A DNA stretch of 49,802 bases, taken from assembly GCA_002256025.1 (NCBI GenBank), contig NKIB01013929.1, positions 1-49,802 of the forward strand. Reading direction: 5' to 3'. Shown here in pieces: positions 24,401-33,998 of the stretch. The position numbers and the translations under genes were made by a program. The number at the start of each line of letters is the position of its first letter. Position 1 is the first letter of the stretch. This DNA is from Asterionella formosa. Its lineage: Eukaryota. Below the pieces are notes generated by a model. It made no database searches, had not been told where the DNA came from, and worked only from the letters and a program-made list of their open reading frames with translations.

Positions 24401-25422
24401 AACTCTTTCTCACGAGCCAACCGCTGTCGGTCGCGATCAGACAATAGCAATTTAATGTTCCTTGCATATGTGCACTTATTGCGGCTGGAAATGGCCATTG
24501 TGAATTCAACAAGGTCATTGGTTGCAAGGCGATTACTAGGACCTCGTGATGACTGAGAGTTCATTGACTCCAATCGCCGAAGACTTCGGTCTGAATCGGC
24601 GGATGGTTCCGGCAAATAGTCGTTTTCAGCGAAATAGACAATAGGACCAGAGACAAGAGCTTCAGATTCTGTGGCAATACTCTCAGCGACATCCTCTTCC
24701 ATTGTATGCTCTGCAGCCACCAAAACGCGAATGGTTCCTTCGGTGAAATTGGTAGATCCTCGATCAGGGCGCAAAGGTTTTTCAACAATACCTTGGAATC
24801 TCGTACCAGGTTCCTCTTCTACTTCCCAGACAATAGTTCCTGGCTCCAAAACAACAACATCAAAAGCAGCCATTTTATCGCTGCTTTTCGATTCTCCGAC
24901 GCGAAACTCTAGCTCATCGTCCACCTTTAGGTCAGTTGGACGAGTTCCATCTACTTCCGAATAGTGGAAAAATATCTCCTCTTCCCGATCAGCACAATAA
25001 ATGAATCCAAATGAATCTTTCAAGCTCGAAATACAACCACGCTCTAATGGCAATTTCGATCGATCTGGTCTACGATTTCCGCCTCCGCGATTGTCTCTTC
25101 TGTCGCCACGAAAAGTCGAATCGTGGTTGCCGCTATGATAGGATGATCTAGAATCGTCTTGTCGAAGCGACCTGTCGTCGTTTTGACTATAGGCATGGCG
25201 ATCAATGTCCCGTCGCTCGTTTGAATTTTTCCTGCAGGAATACTTTTGCTCCTGTTTCTGCTCTTCCTGGATGTCGGCAAGGCTTGGTGGGCGACCGACT
25301 TCCACAGGCGTGAAAAGTCCCGGTAGTTGAGGCGCCGTTTGGTTCTTGTTCCCACCGCCTTTCTTGGCGGCAGCACGGCGCTGTGCGAAGATTTCGCCCA
25401 TACTTTGGACACCTTCAGCCAT
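21460..25422 (-). CDS. CSDE1: Multi-cold-shock-domain RNA-binding protein, UNR/CSDE1-like, 1320 aa, intronless
   Basis: At least four RNP1/RNP2 cold-shock domains: SLKDSFGFIYCADREEEIFFHYSE, LKTDFGFLKSNRRREEIHFHYSQ, IKDGFGFIAFAERPIDVYF and RQFGFISL...LFF. Degenerate CSD-like spacers lie between them. The C-terminal MAKGPNGTCGF resembles the SUZ-C PRGPD..GF motif. Confidence 0.82.
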   Translation of the reverse strand: MAEGVQSMGEIFAQRRAAAKKGGGNKNQTAPQLPGLFTPVEVGRPPSLADIQEEQKQEQKYSCRKNSNERRDIDRHAYSQNDDRSLRQDDSRSSYHSGNHDSTFRGDRRDNRGGGNRRPDRSKLPLERGCISSLKDSFGFIYCADREEEIFFHYSEVDGTRPTDLKVDDELEFRVGESKSSDKMAAFDVVVLEPGTIVWEVEEEPGTRFQGIVEKPLRPDRGSTNFTEGTIRVLVAAEHTMEEDVAESIATESEALVSGPIVYFAENDYLPEPSADSDRSLRRLESMNSQSSRGPSNRLATNDLVEFTMAISSRNKCTYARNIKLLLSDRDRQRLAREKELLANAKVEQGVVCLLKTDFGFLKSNRRREEIHFHYSQVLLPEDDDEGDFVLKEGQDLEFLVITEPVGKGGRERSSARQIKFLPKGSVIFHEVLATGVTGTVTRPPHASDLKYTSELVGKVQLSEPLADINDEGNENIISEIDFHPADSPGGTFCFREGNAVGLWVHEGDVLLFDVVKDIIDGSCRLKPTKRVNPCSEEENEHDAPSVKMISTSLAGRAEGVIHAIKDGFGFIAFAERPIDVYFRLFELMPDAIQSDLRKNMGLPNTDNGAPLKFQVGTEVQFDLSLQGMGPRNRNRKGQRIQQEKENLKAQRIVLLPSGTIRESMVIAQSVKGVVVKEDPKQPFAGLIDLEKEWTTMSPDDRHPLVSKLIKSLLSIGDSHSRKSVVYPDILATRDDEVVTSLAEFYGKGKLTITHIPVPGENDFAGRICIMRLDQNELHSDEVNAFKFDRCSDENVLETEEKDGNDTDISSEKKKEKKRLIWEKPIKRIRYDKHCLIEGLRRTMPPNVGDLVQCDIVQSRRTGDVSLVNVDILERSKVRSELSSASNSYFGIVTEVVAARQFGFISLCDETATKRDVLFFQTKSILSTPALTLSPDEAAAGLSLSPIRAPSIRKGDEVEFEIVVGENGKKSAINIRIAPKGTLNIPSKASKDACHGIVLLEPSHTTLKNTPSRKASSPATLSKSPIRGAGTNRWENVELDGKRENNTITDVKEEGFILLTKDPCNMFAQQKKGSSNTSAIATISDVSDKDAINDTKNAESSTDAREVLEHENEYISCSCLPYKNGAIAIQGNGATNGADGTSGPRRGDLVSFVKAKSGKGVRDVRVVTKGAAVMQRGRLESITITLGDDVSHVGTAKFIATPDQQEYLVDLKEVISCDVSLLKENESVEGILHEGHIFGICRTSDLYLESKLGLSHKERPKLNLTVRKGLGGTIMAQSGMAKGPNGTCGFFKGWTARLSKYTNEISPFPNEPPPATEEAS

Positions 25423-25814
25423 GGTTTTTGTGTCGCCGTTGTTCTAGAAAAAGGGTCAGGTAGAGTTCGTGCTAATCTGTACGGAACCTGGAACGAGATG
25501 ATGACAGTGGCCAACCGGTTTATCTGTGGCGATTTCTTCCTTCGTCTGTCAACGCGGAAGCCAGTGAATGAATCAACTCGTCTTTTCTAGAATCTTCAAT
25601 CACAAAGAGAGCAAAACAGCGGCCGGTGAGAGTAGATCACAAGGAGATCGAGATGACTGAGGTCGTTCCTCATTCGGCGTCGAGGAGAGAACAAGAGCAT
25701 TACAGCACCAGTTTCTACTTGCAAATTACTTGGGTAGATCTAGCAAATAAGGTGTACTGGTATGGTCATGTATGTACTGCCTGTTGGCTCGAAGGAGTCC
25801 CAGGTTGGTTTTTA

Positions 25815-25925
25815 CCCGTACTGGTACCTGGTACCTGGTACCGGGATTCCACATGGTACGAGGTACCAGGTACCTGGCAAACGTCTCAGTAGATTACCGG
25901 TATCGGTACCAGTACCGGTACTGCT
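25815..25925. repeat. TACCAGG mosaic cluster upstream of the UNR-like gene
   Basis: GTACTGGTACCTGGTACCTGGTACCGGG...GGTACCAGGTACCTGG...TACCGGTATCGGTACCAGTACCGGTAC. Confidence 0.9.
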
Positions 25926-26129
25926 CCCTCGTCCCTTAGAGCGCCCTTGTTGTGCATGTACTGTTACACGACAAGGTATTATTATTACATTTTTGACGAA
26001 ATTCTACCAAAGTAGTATTTTTCTGTAGGCCTCTGGTAGTGTTCTACTCCGGACAGGACAATACTGTCCGGTACCCCTCCCTTGCTTGACCGTGGTGAAA
26101 ATATGGTATAGAGAAAGGCAAAAATTCTG

Positions 26130-26600
26130 CCCAGTAGTACATGGCCAAGCTGCGTCTGTGTTGAACAAAAATTCTAAGGACAAGAGGGATGCGCCAAGCC
26201 AGGTTCTCATTGTTTGCATCCCTGTCAAAAGGCAGTGTGTTCTCCTTTCCTTGGCCATTTTCTTGAGACAGATTGTATGAACCAATGCCCTAACCCAAAA
26301 AACCGTGGGTTTTCTGTGAAGAACTGACAATCCAGCAAATGCTAAAGAAAGGCCTAGACAATTCTGCAAGATGATGTGTTTGCAGGAAAATCATGAGTTT
26401 GACAATTGAATAATGGTTAGCTGTCAAAACAGGATCTGTAAGTACTCATTAAAAAATACAATTTGAAATGAATGTTCCTGAGATGATTTTGTTTGAATGA
26501 TGGCACATATCGTGGTGGTCAGCGCTGGGCAGTGTTCCTAGCAAAGTTGCTTTTGCTGCAACAAATGCCATCAGCAACCCAAAATGGAAATATCTGTCAT
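26130..26600 (+). mobile_element. Possible decayed tyrosine-recombinase (Crypton-like) element fragment
   Basis: Frameshifted AKLRLC/..KNSKDKRDAPSQVLI...CVLLSLAIFL, later SRDD-like and AKVA. It resembles from memory stramenopile YR-like ORFs (L.WSKNV.EERDAP.QIL.G..DP.YCVLL.LA..LE). The catalytic HxxR is not intact. Confidence 0.4.
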
Positions 26601-27844
26601 ATGCTATCTAGGCGATCAATCTTAAACAAGTTCAGAGGTAACAAGCAGAGTTAAACGATTAAAACAAGTGAGCTAAAAAGTTTTTTAATCTACATTCGAT
26701 CGCTTGGTTGAGCTGGGCTTGAAAAAATGATGATGTGAGCCCTGTATGTCATTGTGAACCTTTCTAGTCACCTAGCCATAGTACCCATGTGCAAGACATG
26801 ATTGGGGATTATAAACCATTCTTAGTTTATTTATTTCAGGTTCAATGCTGACTTTTAGACTAAGTATATATTACGCATGAATTCCTGGTTACTAGAGCAT
26901 AAGTTCTACTTTCTTCATAGAGGTGACCGTTGAACCATAAGGAAATCACTGTATGATATCCTTCTTCAAGATCAAACATTGTAACAAGTGTTCTGAAATG
27001 TGTGGTTATGCCTTTTACTAGGCATAATGTTAGTAGAACATGTCTATAACTGATGAATCATCTATCTGGGTTGGTTTACATAGCCGCCACACTATCCCTA
27101 TAGTATGTTAGACCCATTCTTGAGCTAGCTGAAGTTCTACTTTAGTAGAGCTTTTGGAATAGTCAACATTTGCTATGTTAGTTGCAGCTATTTAATTAGC
27201 CTCATGTGTAGGCTGCCCATCCAAGCAATGTACCATAGGTTCATGTTGCACAGCTTGCTCTAGGAACCAACAAACCAACAGTCAAGCTGGTATTGCGGAC
27301 AAACAAGCAAACATGGATGTGGATCCTGATAATGAAAGTAACCTTCCAAGATACCAAAACTATATTTGTTCTTTGGTAAGAATGGGAAGTTGGAATCACC
27401 GAACAAAAAACCAGAAAGGCTACTATTTACAAGCAGCAGGGCAGGGAGGATGAGGAAATATGCATTTACTATCAGCAGGCGCAAGGTTCTCTGGTGGGAT
27501 GCAGTGGCAACTCTAGCTAGTTTGAGTGGCTGGGTACATTTCACATCTAGCCCTGTATTAAATCTATGAGACATATGGTTTGGATAAGATTGTTACTCAC
27601 ATTCTCGTCAACCAAATGTTGAAAGGTTGCAGTGGTGGTGGGCATCCACAACTACAGCCTGCCTTGTTAAGCTAGATAAATGTGTATACTACTAATTAGT
27701 AACATACATACTTACTACATTAAATTGCAATTTCATTTTCAATGTACTGTACATTGTTATTTCATTGCCTGCTTCTTACCCGGTATAAACATCAGACCAG
27801 TTAAATCAGCATTACACACGACGAAGCTAGCAAGATCCGGCAGC

Positions 27845-28385
27845 ACCAGGTGCTGGTACTTGGCACATACCGTAGTACCTGGTACCGATACCTGGTACTT
27901 GAATGCATTGTAACAGCATCGCCTGGTGACACGAGGTACCTGGTACCTGGTACAAGTACAACTGGTACCTGGTACAAGTACCAGGAGAGGTCTATGTTGT
28001 GGCTATTTACATACGGGGATATTTGACATTACTGCCAAGCCAAAAATGATCGAGGACCATACTCCAGTGCATGCTTCGTACGTATTGCTAGTAAACTACT
28101 AGTGCACTAGCTTTCACTACGGCAAAAAATGGTAGTATTGGGGGTAGAATTAATTGTCAATACTGGCACAGTATATGAAATGAGAACCATCATAAATTTA
28201 CGGCCGCTGCTAGGGTGCCAGTACTGTAGTGGCTCGAGGTCGTAGAGTTAAAAAATAATATTGAGTCACAGTACCGGTAGTGAAACCGAAATTTTTTACA
28301 ACTAAACGGAGCTTTCACCCACGTACCGGTACTCCCTTTCCATATGCTTTGATAGTACCAGGGTATGGTACCAGGTACCAGGTAC
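27845..28385. repeat. TACCAGG mosaic clusters (27845-27985, 28270-28385)
   Basis: GGTACCTGGTACCTGGTACAAGTACAACTGGTACCTGGTACAAGTACCAGG and GGTACCAGGTACCAGGTAC. Confidence 0.9.
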
Positions 28386-29199
28386 AGTCATTGATCAAGA
28401 AAGCAGGGGTATAGGTCTATTCAATTCTATGTACTGTCAGGATAGAGGATCTGTCGAGAAAGTGCAGAGAAGGCAAAAAGTCGGGTTCTTTACTATCTGA
28501 AAATAGTGGATTTTACCTGGCAAACTCATTTGTTTGGCCCAAAAAAACGCGAAATTCTTTTATGCGGCGCACTTTCTCGCCCAAAGTTAACTTCTGGGGC
28601 TATGTGAAGATTACCTATGTATTTAACTCTTCTTCAAACCCTACCAATGTTGAGAAATCAATGTCCAAAAATTCGACAATATTGGCCATTTCAACAGTCT
28701 CCAAAATGTCATAATCATAATCGCCAATACATCATCATTGGAATGGGAGTCTTGTCCTATAATCTCCTGTACAAAAATTTCCATTGTAAGTGCCTGCCTC
28801 ACCATAAATATTTTGATTGGTCAAGTTCAATAACTTTAAGACATTTGATCAGCCTGGTTTGCTTGCATGGTCTTGCAAAACCATACTGGCCACACTGGAT
28901 ACCAATGTAACATTTTCTTGGGTGTTGGCCAGTACAATGTCCACAGTAGGTAGCTGATCATAAGTGATCATATGCATACCAGTAATAGAACACACTTTGC
29001 CTGACTTGAATGGACAGAGTGTGCTACTTCTCCTTTGATGATCATTGCGGCCCCAATGATTGCAGACATTTGTTCCTTTCCTTCTTGTTGTTTCCTGATG
29101 TTCCCTTATCAACCCAACACCAGAACTGTAAGTCTTACCTGATTTGTTTTGTCTTGCCTTTCTTGTTAGACTGTTTCAAATAGTGCTGCATGTATATTT

Positions 29200-30222
29200 T
29201 CATTTCATTTCGTTTGCCCTTTCATTTGAATTGCGCTTTGTAGGCTCCATCATCACTTCGTTGCTTTCCTTTTGTCGCCAGAAGTATTCTTGCAGTGCTG
29301 ACATCTGCATTCCAAATTGCTTGTAAACATCCCTTGTATGCATATTGTGTTGCTCTATGAGTGTGTTGCCCAGCAACCAAAGCCACTCGATATTGAAGGC
29401 CTCCAAATCCTGCAAACACCTTGTCATTGGACATCGTTGCAACACTGCATTGTTCATTGCCTCATTAATCTGCGTGTCAAAGGGATGATGCAATGATTGA
29501 AGCTTTTCGCCTTTGACTTTTGTTGCAATATGCCACATCAATCATTTGTATAATTTTTTTCGTTTTCCTTGCCATGATATTTTCCATTACTAACCATTTT
29601 TCCTGCTTCTAAAGGGCACCATGGCTCAGAGCAGTAATCATGGGAGCCAAATAAATGGTTGATTGGTGCCTTGGAAGAATTACTAAATTCGGTCAGAGAG
29701 AGATTCTTGTTTTGTCTTTTTTTCTAAATTCGGTCAGAGAAAGATTCCTGTTTTATAATCCAAGCACCCCCATAATAAACTTTCAACTGGAGACAATCAG
29801 CTTTTGAAGGATGCTCAAGCAAGAAGGGAAACTGGGCCATTGGATTTCAAAAAAGCAGGGTGGAGAAGGACTTGTATTTTGTGGGATGGATCAGACAGAA
29901 ATTTAGGTGTGGGTACAGTCAGTGGAAGGCATCCTTCTTGGTCCAATTTTACAATCCTTTTAATGTTCTTGGCCATTGGAAGGCTGTAGCTAGTTTCAAT
30001 AACTCCTTATAGGACCATTTAGAAACAGCTCTAATAGTAGAATCATCATCACAGATGATCTTAGTGTAGATGACATTGTTTTTCATAACTGCATCAATCA
30101 TCATTTCCACAATGGTGTCTTGTTCCATTTCCTTCAAACTACCAGTTTTGTAATTCTTGGGACAAACATTTGCCTCGGTTGGTTTCTTGTACTGACTGTT
30201 GTAAAGCCTGTCGCACTCATAC
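29200..30222 (-). mobile_element. Decayed Mutator-like (MULE/Phantom-type) transposase
   Basis: Segments in order: CPKNYKTGSLKEMEQ...IICDDDSTIRA; GCLPLTVPTPKFLSDPSH; APINHLFGSHDYCSEPWCP; LQSLHHPFDTQINEAMNNAV. These fit the C.KN..GSS..ME / D.DS / D..H / H.FG.H..C / T..NE..N motifs. Multiple frameshifts. Confidence 0.8.
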
Positions 30223-30224
30223 AT

Positions 30225-30580
30225 GCACCAGGTACCTCGTACCTGGTACTGGTACCAGGTACCATTATCGTAGTCTCGTCCCCGGTCCCTCGTGCACAGC
30301 ATGTAGGCATCATACCAAGTAAAGGTAGTGCGTAATCGAGATATTTTGCCTAATCTTTTCTTAAGTAAATAACAAACGTATGCGTTTTACCTGACCTTCC
30401 AGAGTACCTGGTAGCTGGTAGTCTACCGGTAAGTACCTAACCAATATACCGGAAGGCAGTACATATACTAAAACCCACCATCCAACGTACGAGCATGCCG
30501 GTAAACTGCCTTGTACCGGCAATAGCATGTTTACGATCACCATCACACCATTACTACCAGCCCCCTTGTACCAGGTACTG
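30225..30580. repeat. TACCAGG mosaic cluster between the Mutator relic and the next gene
   Basis: CACCAGGTACCTCGTACCTGGTACTGGTACCAGGTACC at about 30226; further units at about 30404 and 30567. Confidence 0.88.
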
Positions 30581-30810
30581 TAAAATTCTAGCAGACAACA
30601 TGTATCGTAACAATAGGAGCAATATTTATTCCCGACGAAAATGGAAGAAAGAAACAAGTAAGAATGCCTACCGACATCATATGACAAGAACAACAACAGT
30701 TCCCCAACATATCGATAGACTCTATTGACCGGTAATCGAAGAAGCTACCAGGTGCCGGTGGGCTTCTACCCTCAGCAACGGATTTCTTGAACATCTATCT
30801 AGACTCGACA

Positions 30811-31711
30811 ATGGCGTTCATAAATGCGCTCAGTTCCAGGCGACAATGGCTGTCAATTTTATTATTTGCTCTTGTGGCAAGAGCAGAAGACTCGTCACAA
30901 GTTGGGCAACATAAAGTAACGTCGCTCTGCGACTCGACGTCCATTGTTGTACAATCCGTATATCTAACATGTGATAGCAGCAGTCTGGGTTCTTACCGAA
31001 AAAGCACAACATGCGTGTATGGCGATGCTGTCAATCTGAATATATTCTGTAAGTTCTGAAACGCTGTTTGAACACTGTTGACATGTTGAGCTCGTCGGTC
31101 ATGAATGACACACACGCCGTTTTGCTCACACCAACCCTAAAATACGAATCACATTGGCAGTGACAATAAATAACCCCGATTTAGAAAGTAATGGTGGTGT
31201 AAAGTTATCGTTAGATATGGGAGTCTACGATGTCCTGAAACGGGTACAGGAAAAGACAGATCTATGCAATTATGGAACAATGTTAAGTCTATCAGGTGAT
31301 GAACTCAATGGCAATTCCTGTCCAAGCGCAGGGTACTATCATTTATATTCCTACTTTTCGTTGCCAAATTTATTCACCGATCACGATATGCAATATACTC
31401 CAGATATTAGAGTTAAATTCTTCTCAGGCGACGGCGAGGACACCATCCTTGGCTGTGCCAGCACAGGTACCATTGCACACTATAAGAGCGGAACAACCCA
31501 TTCGCAAAATGGACAAATAGCGCTAGGAATATCCATGGCTGTATTTACCTTTTGCTTTGGATGCATGCTGTGTGCCACGTATCGACGTAAGAAACGACTG
31601 GAACTTGAACGCGCAGAACAAATGACGGTTGCAGAATCTCACTATGGGTATGTTCGAAGTTCAAACAGCGGCCATGTGATGCGACTTGATGCAGATGGGC
31701 AGTTGCATTGA
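30811..31711 (+). CDS. Type I membrane protein: signal peptide, Cys-rich ectodomain, TM and basic stop-transfer; 2 exons (30811-31048, 31161-31711), 262 aa
   Basis: A 112-nt intron GTAAGT...GGCAG joins the two ORFs in frame. Signal WLSILLFALVARA|ED; TM IALGISMAVFTFCFGCMLCA followed by RRKKR. Confidence 0.8.
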
Positions 31712-31897
31712 TCGACAGGATGATGAATACAAGGTGGGTTCCCTTGAATTATTCTAATGAAGGTGGTGGCATTGTGGAAAGCGTGGTGTTGACTACTGAG
31801 CATCAACATGGAATGAACTACCGACAGTGTAAGATTTGTGGCCTATTATGGCACACAGTGCGAGAAATAATGATTAGCTCTGTTGAAGGTAGATGAT

Positions 31898-32509
31898 CTA
31901 TTTCTTTTCATTTGTTAGATTTATGATGGCAGCTGCCAAATTTGCAGCTTGAATGTATGCTTCGAGCGTTGCTTTTGCCTCCTTCTGAGCTTCTTTCAAA
32001 TCACTCGATGCAAATGCTCCGAAGAGTAACAGTGGATCAGCATTTCTCAAGCGATCATCTTCGTCAGGCAAGACTTCTTCATTTACCCCCATTTTATTTT
32101 TGTCCTCGCTTTTGATTTTATTTGCGTTCTTTCGATTGCGTAGGCCCGGCGTCGTCGTGTTATTCTTCAGAGTTGTTGATGTATTTTCCTTCATGGCCGA
32201 GATTTCTTCCACTGCATCCACTAAAGTCCAAATATCTTGTGCAACAGAATGCTTGTTTTGACTCTTGCTTTCTTCTTCCAATAAGTCAGGGTTCTTTTCC
32301 AAGAGGACAGTTCTGGCGCGGAGCTCCTCTCGAACTAGTTCAACCGAAATGCCATCGGCAGCGAGATTTTCTCGCGCTTTCTGTCGACGAGCTTTGTTCA
32401 ATGTCCATAATGTGCTTTTGTAATGAGGTTGAGCCCCTTTTTGGCATCTAGAATATCCATCAAGGAGCAGCAAAGCCTGGAGACGGGCGGGCAGTGGGAG
32501 GTTTGCCAT
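31898..32509 (-). CDS. CCDC115: V-ATPase assembly factor CCDC115/Vma22-like, 203 aa
   Basis: L.KAR in the N-terminal helix, GLRNRK in the linker, and C-terminal DPLLLFGAFASSDLKEAQ..A...LE....AAN. The last matches the family motif DPL.WFG...P..LR.AQ..F..ALE....LAN. Confidence 0.72.
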   Translation of the reverse strand: MANLPLPARLQALLLLDGYSRCQKGAQPHYKSTLWTLNKARRQKARENLAADGISVELVREELRARTVLLEKNPDLLEEESKSQNKHSVAQDIWTLVDAVEEISAMKENTSTTLKNNTTTPGLRNRKNANKIKSEDKNKMGVNEEVLPDEDDRLRNADPLLLFGAFASSDLKEAQKEAKATLEAYIQAANLAAAIINLTNEKK

Positions 32510-33072
32510 GGTCCGATCAAATGCTAGCTAATTGTGGGTTTATTTATACATATATTTCCAACTTATCTCTTTCAAGTAATTAATTAATTAATTCATGATT
32601 ATGTGCCGTTTAAATTTCTATTTTTGGGGGCCAAAATAACAAACGTTCCCAAAACAAGGGCTTTTGCTTAAAAAGTTCCAAAGTAACTGAGACGCGTGGG
32701 GCATCATCCGTATGTACTGCCAGGGTGTACCCGGCACAGTACCAGATACCCCTGGTACGCAATCATGAATATCATACGGTACATACGATGATACCTGCTG
32801 GCAGGTGTCTAGCACGGACATACGCACCCCGAATCTAATTGCTTACACATAGCAATACATCATAGTCTGAATATTTAACAAAAAAGATAAGCATAATTGA
32901 TAGATAAAGATGATCCACACATACTTACTAGCAAATACTACGTTAGATTTTGAATGCACCAGTAAAAGTCATCATGTTGATGTTTAGAGCTAAAATGCGA
33001 AGGCAGACCATCAAACAAATCTTTTTTGACTCGGCATGATGTAGTTTCATCATTTGATCATCATCATCCACG

Positions 33073-33741
33073 ATGGCCCTTCGAATCCTTGTTTTCCTTC
33101 AGCTTGCAGCTCTATGCGAAGGCTTCATCATACATAAACCACTTTTGAAAGTTGTTTGTAGAAGAACTCCAATGTGTCAGGTGACAATCGTCTATCGTTC
33201 GCTGCCAACGCAAAGATATCTTTCCGAATTGAACGACGACAAGGGCGGGATGCAGTATGTTGCTGAGTCAAAATCTGTTCTTAAGAAACTCAAGGGCTTG
33301 ATTAAAGGTAATAATGGGGATGAATTGACCACCAAGGAGCGATTAGCTAAAATGGGTTTAGCGGCCTTGCTTAGTTATGGGTGGGTGTCCAACATGTCAT
33401 ATGCTGTCTGCACAGGTTTGGCTTGGTTCACCTTTGCCAAACAGACTGGTATCACTCCGTTGGCTCCTGGACAATGGAAAAAGTTCCTGGCTGTTTATTC
33501 TGGATTTTTCATTTTCAACAACGCCCTCCGACCTGTTCGTTTTGGATTGTCGGTCGCTGTAGCCGGATTGTTTGACAGGTTTATTAATTACATTCAAAAG
33601 AAAACGAAAGCTCGAAAAGGTGTGGCCATTGGAATTGTGGTATTTTTGTTCAATGTATGTGGTACTTTCGGCGCCATGGCACTTGGAATTGTATTAGCGT
33701 CTGCGGCATCTGGTGTTGCGATTTTCCCTTCCAAAGTGTAA
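33073..33741 (+). CDS. Probable plastid-targeted membrane protein (DUF1279/FAM210-like), 222 aa
   Basis: Signal LRILVFLQLAALCEG|FII followed by a transit-like stretch. Core KMGLAALLSYGWVSN...FLAVYSGFFIFNNALRPVRFGLSVA; 3-4 TM segments. Confidence 0.75.
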   Translation: MALRILVFLQLAALCEGFIIHKPLLKVVCRRTPMCQVTIVYRSLPTQRYLSELNDDKGGMQYVAESKSVLKKLKGLIKGNNGDELTTKERLAKMGLAALLSYGWVSNMSYAVCTGLAWFTFAKQTGITPLAPGQWKKFLAVYSGFFIFNNALRPVRFGLSVAVAGLFDRFINYIQKKTKARKGVAIGIVVFLFNVCGTFGAMALGIVLASAASGVAIFPSKV

Positions 33742-33998
33742 AATTTATTGTGAGCCCTTAAAACTACATAACCCACCATAATTATGCGCGACAACATTCG
33801 CAATAAATTTTTTTTATGTTAAGCGAATTTAACAGTATTGCTTTCAACTTCCACGTAGGTTTTTTTTCACTTCAAACTCATCTCTGGGGACGCAACCACT
33901 GTAGTCGCTGTCAGAAACCGAAGAAATATGGGGTTCACTTCAAACTAGCTTGATTACAAACAAAAAGCAATAAGAAAATGGTGTTAATGTAGCTTCCC

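Noticed and set aside
29683..29753. ~30-bp direct repeat
   Set aside because: It is a local duplication inside the dead Mutator relic, with no sign of function.
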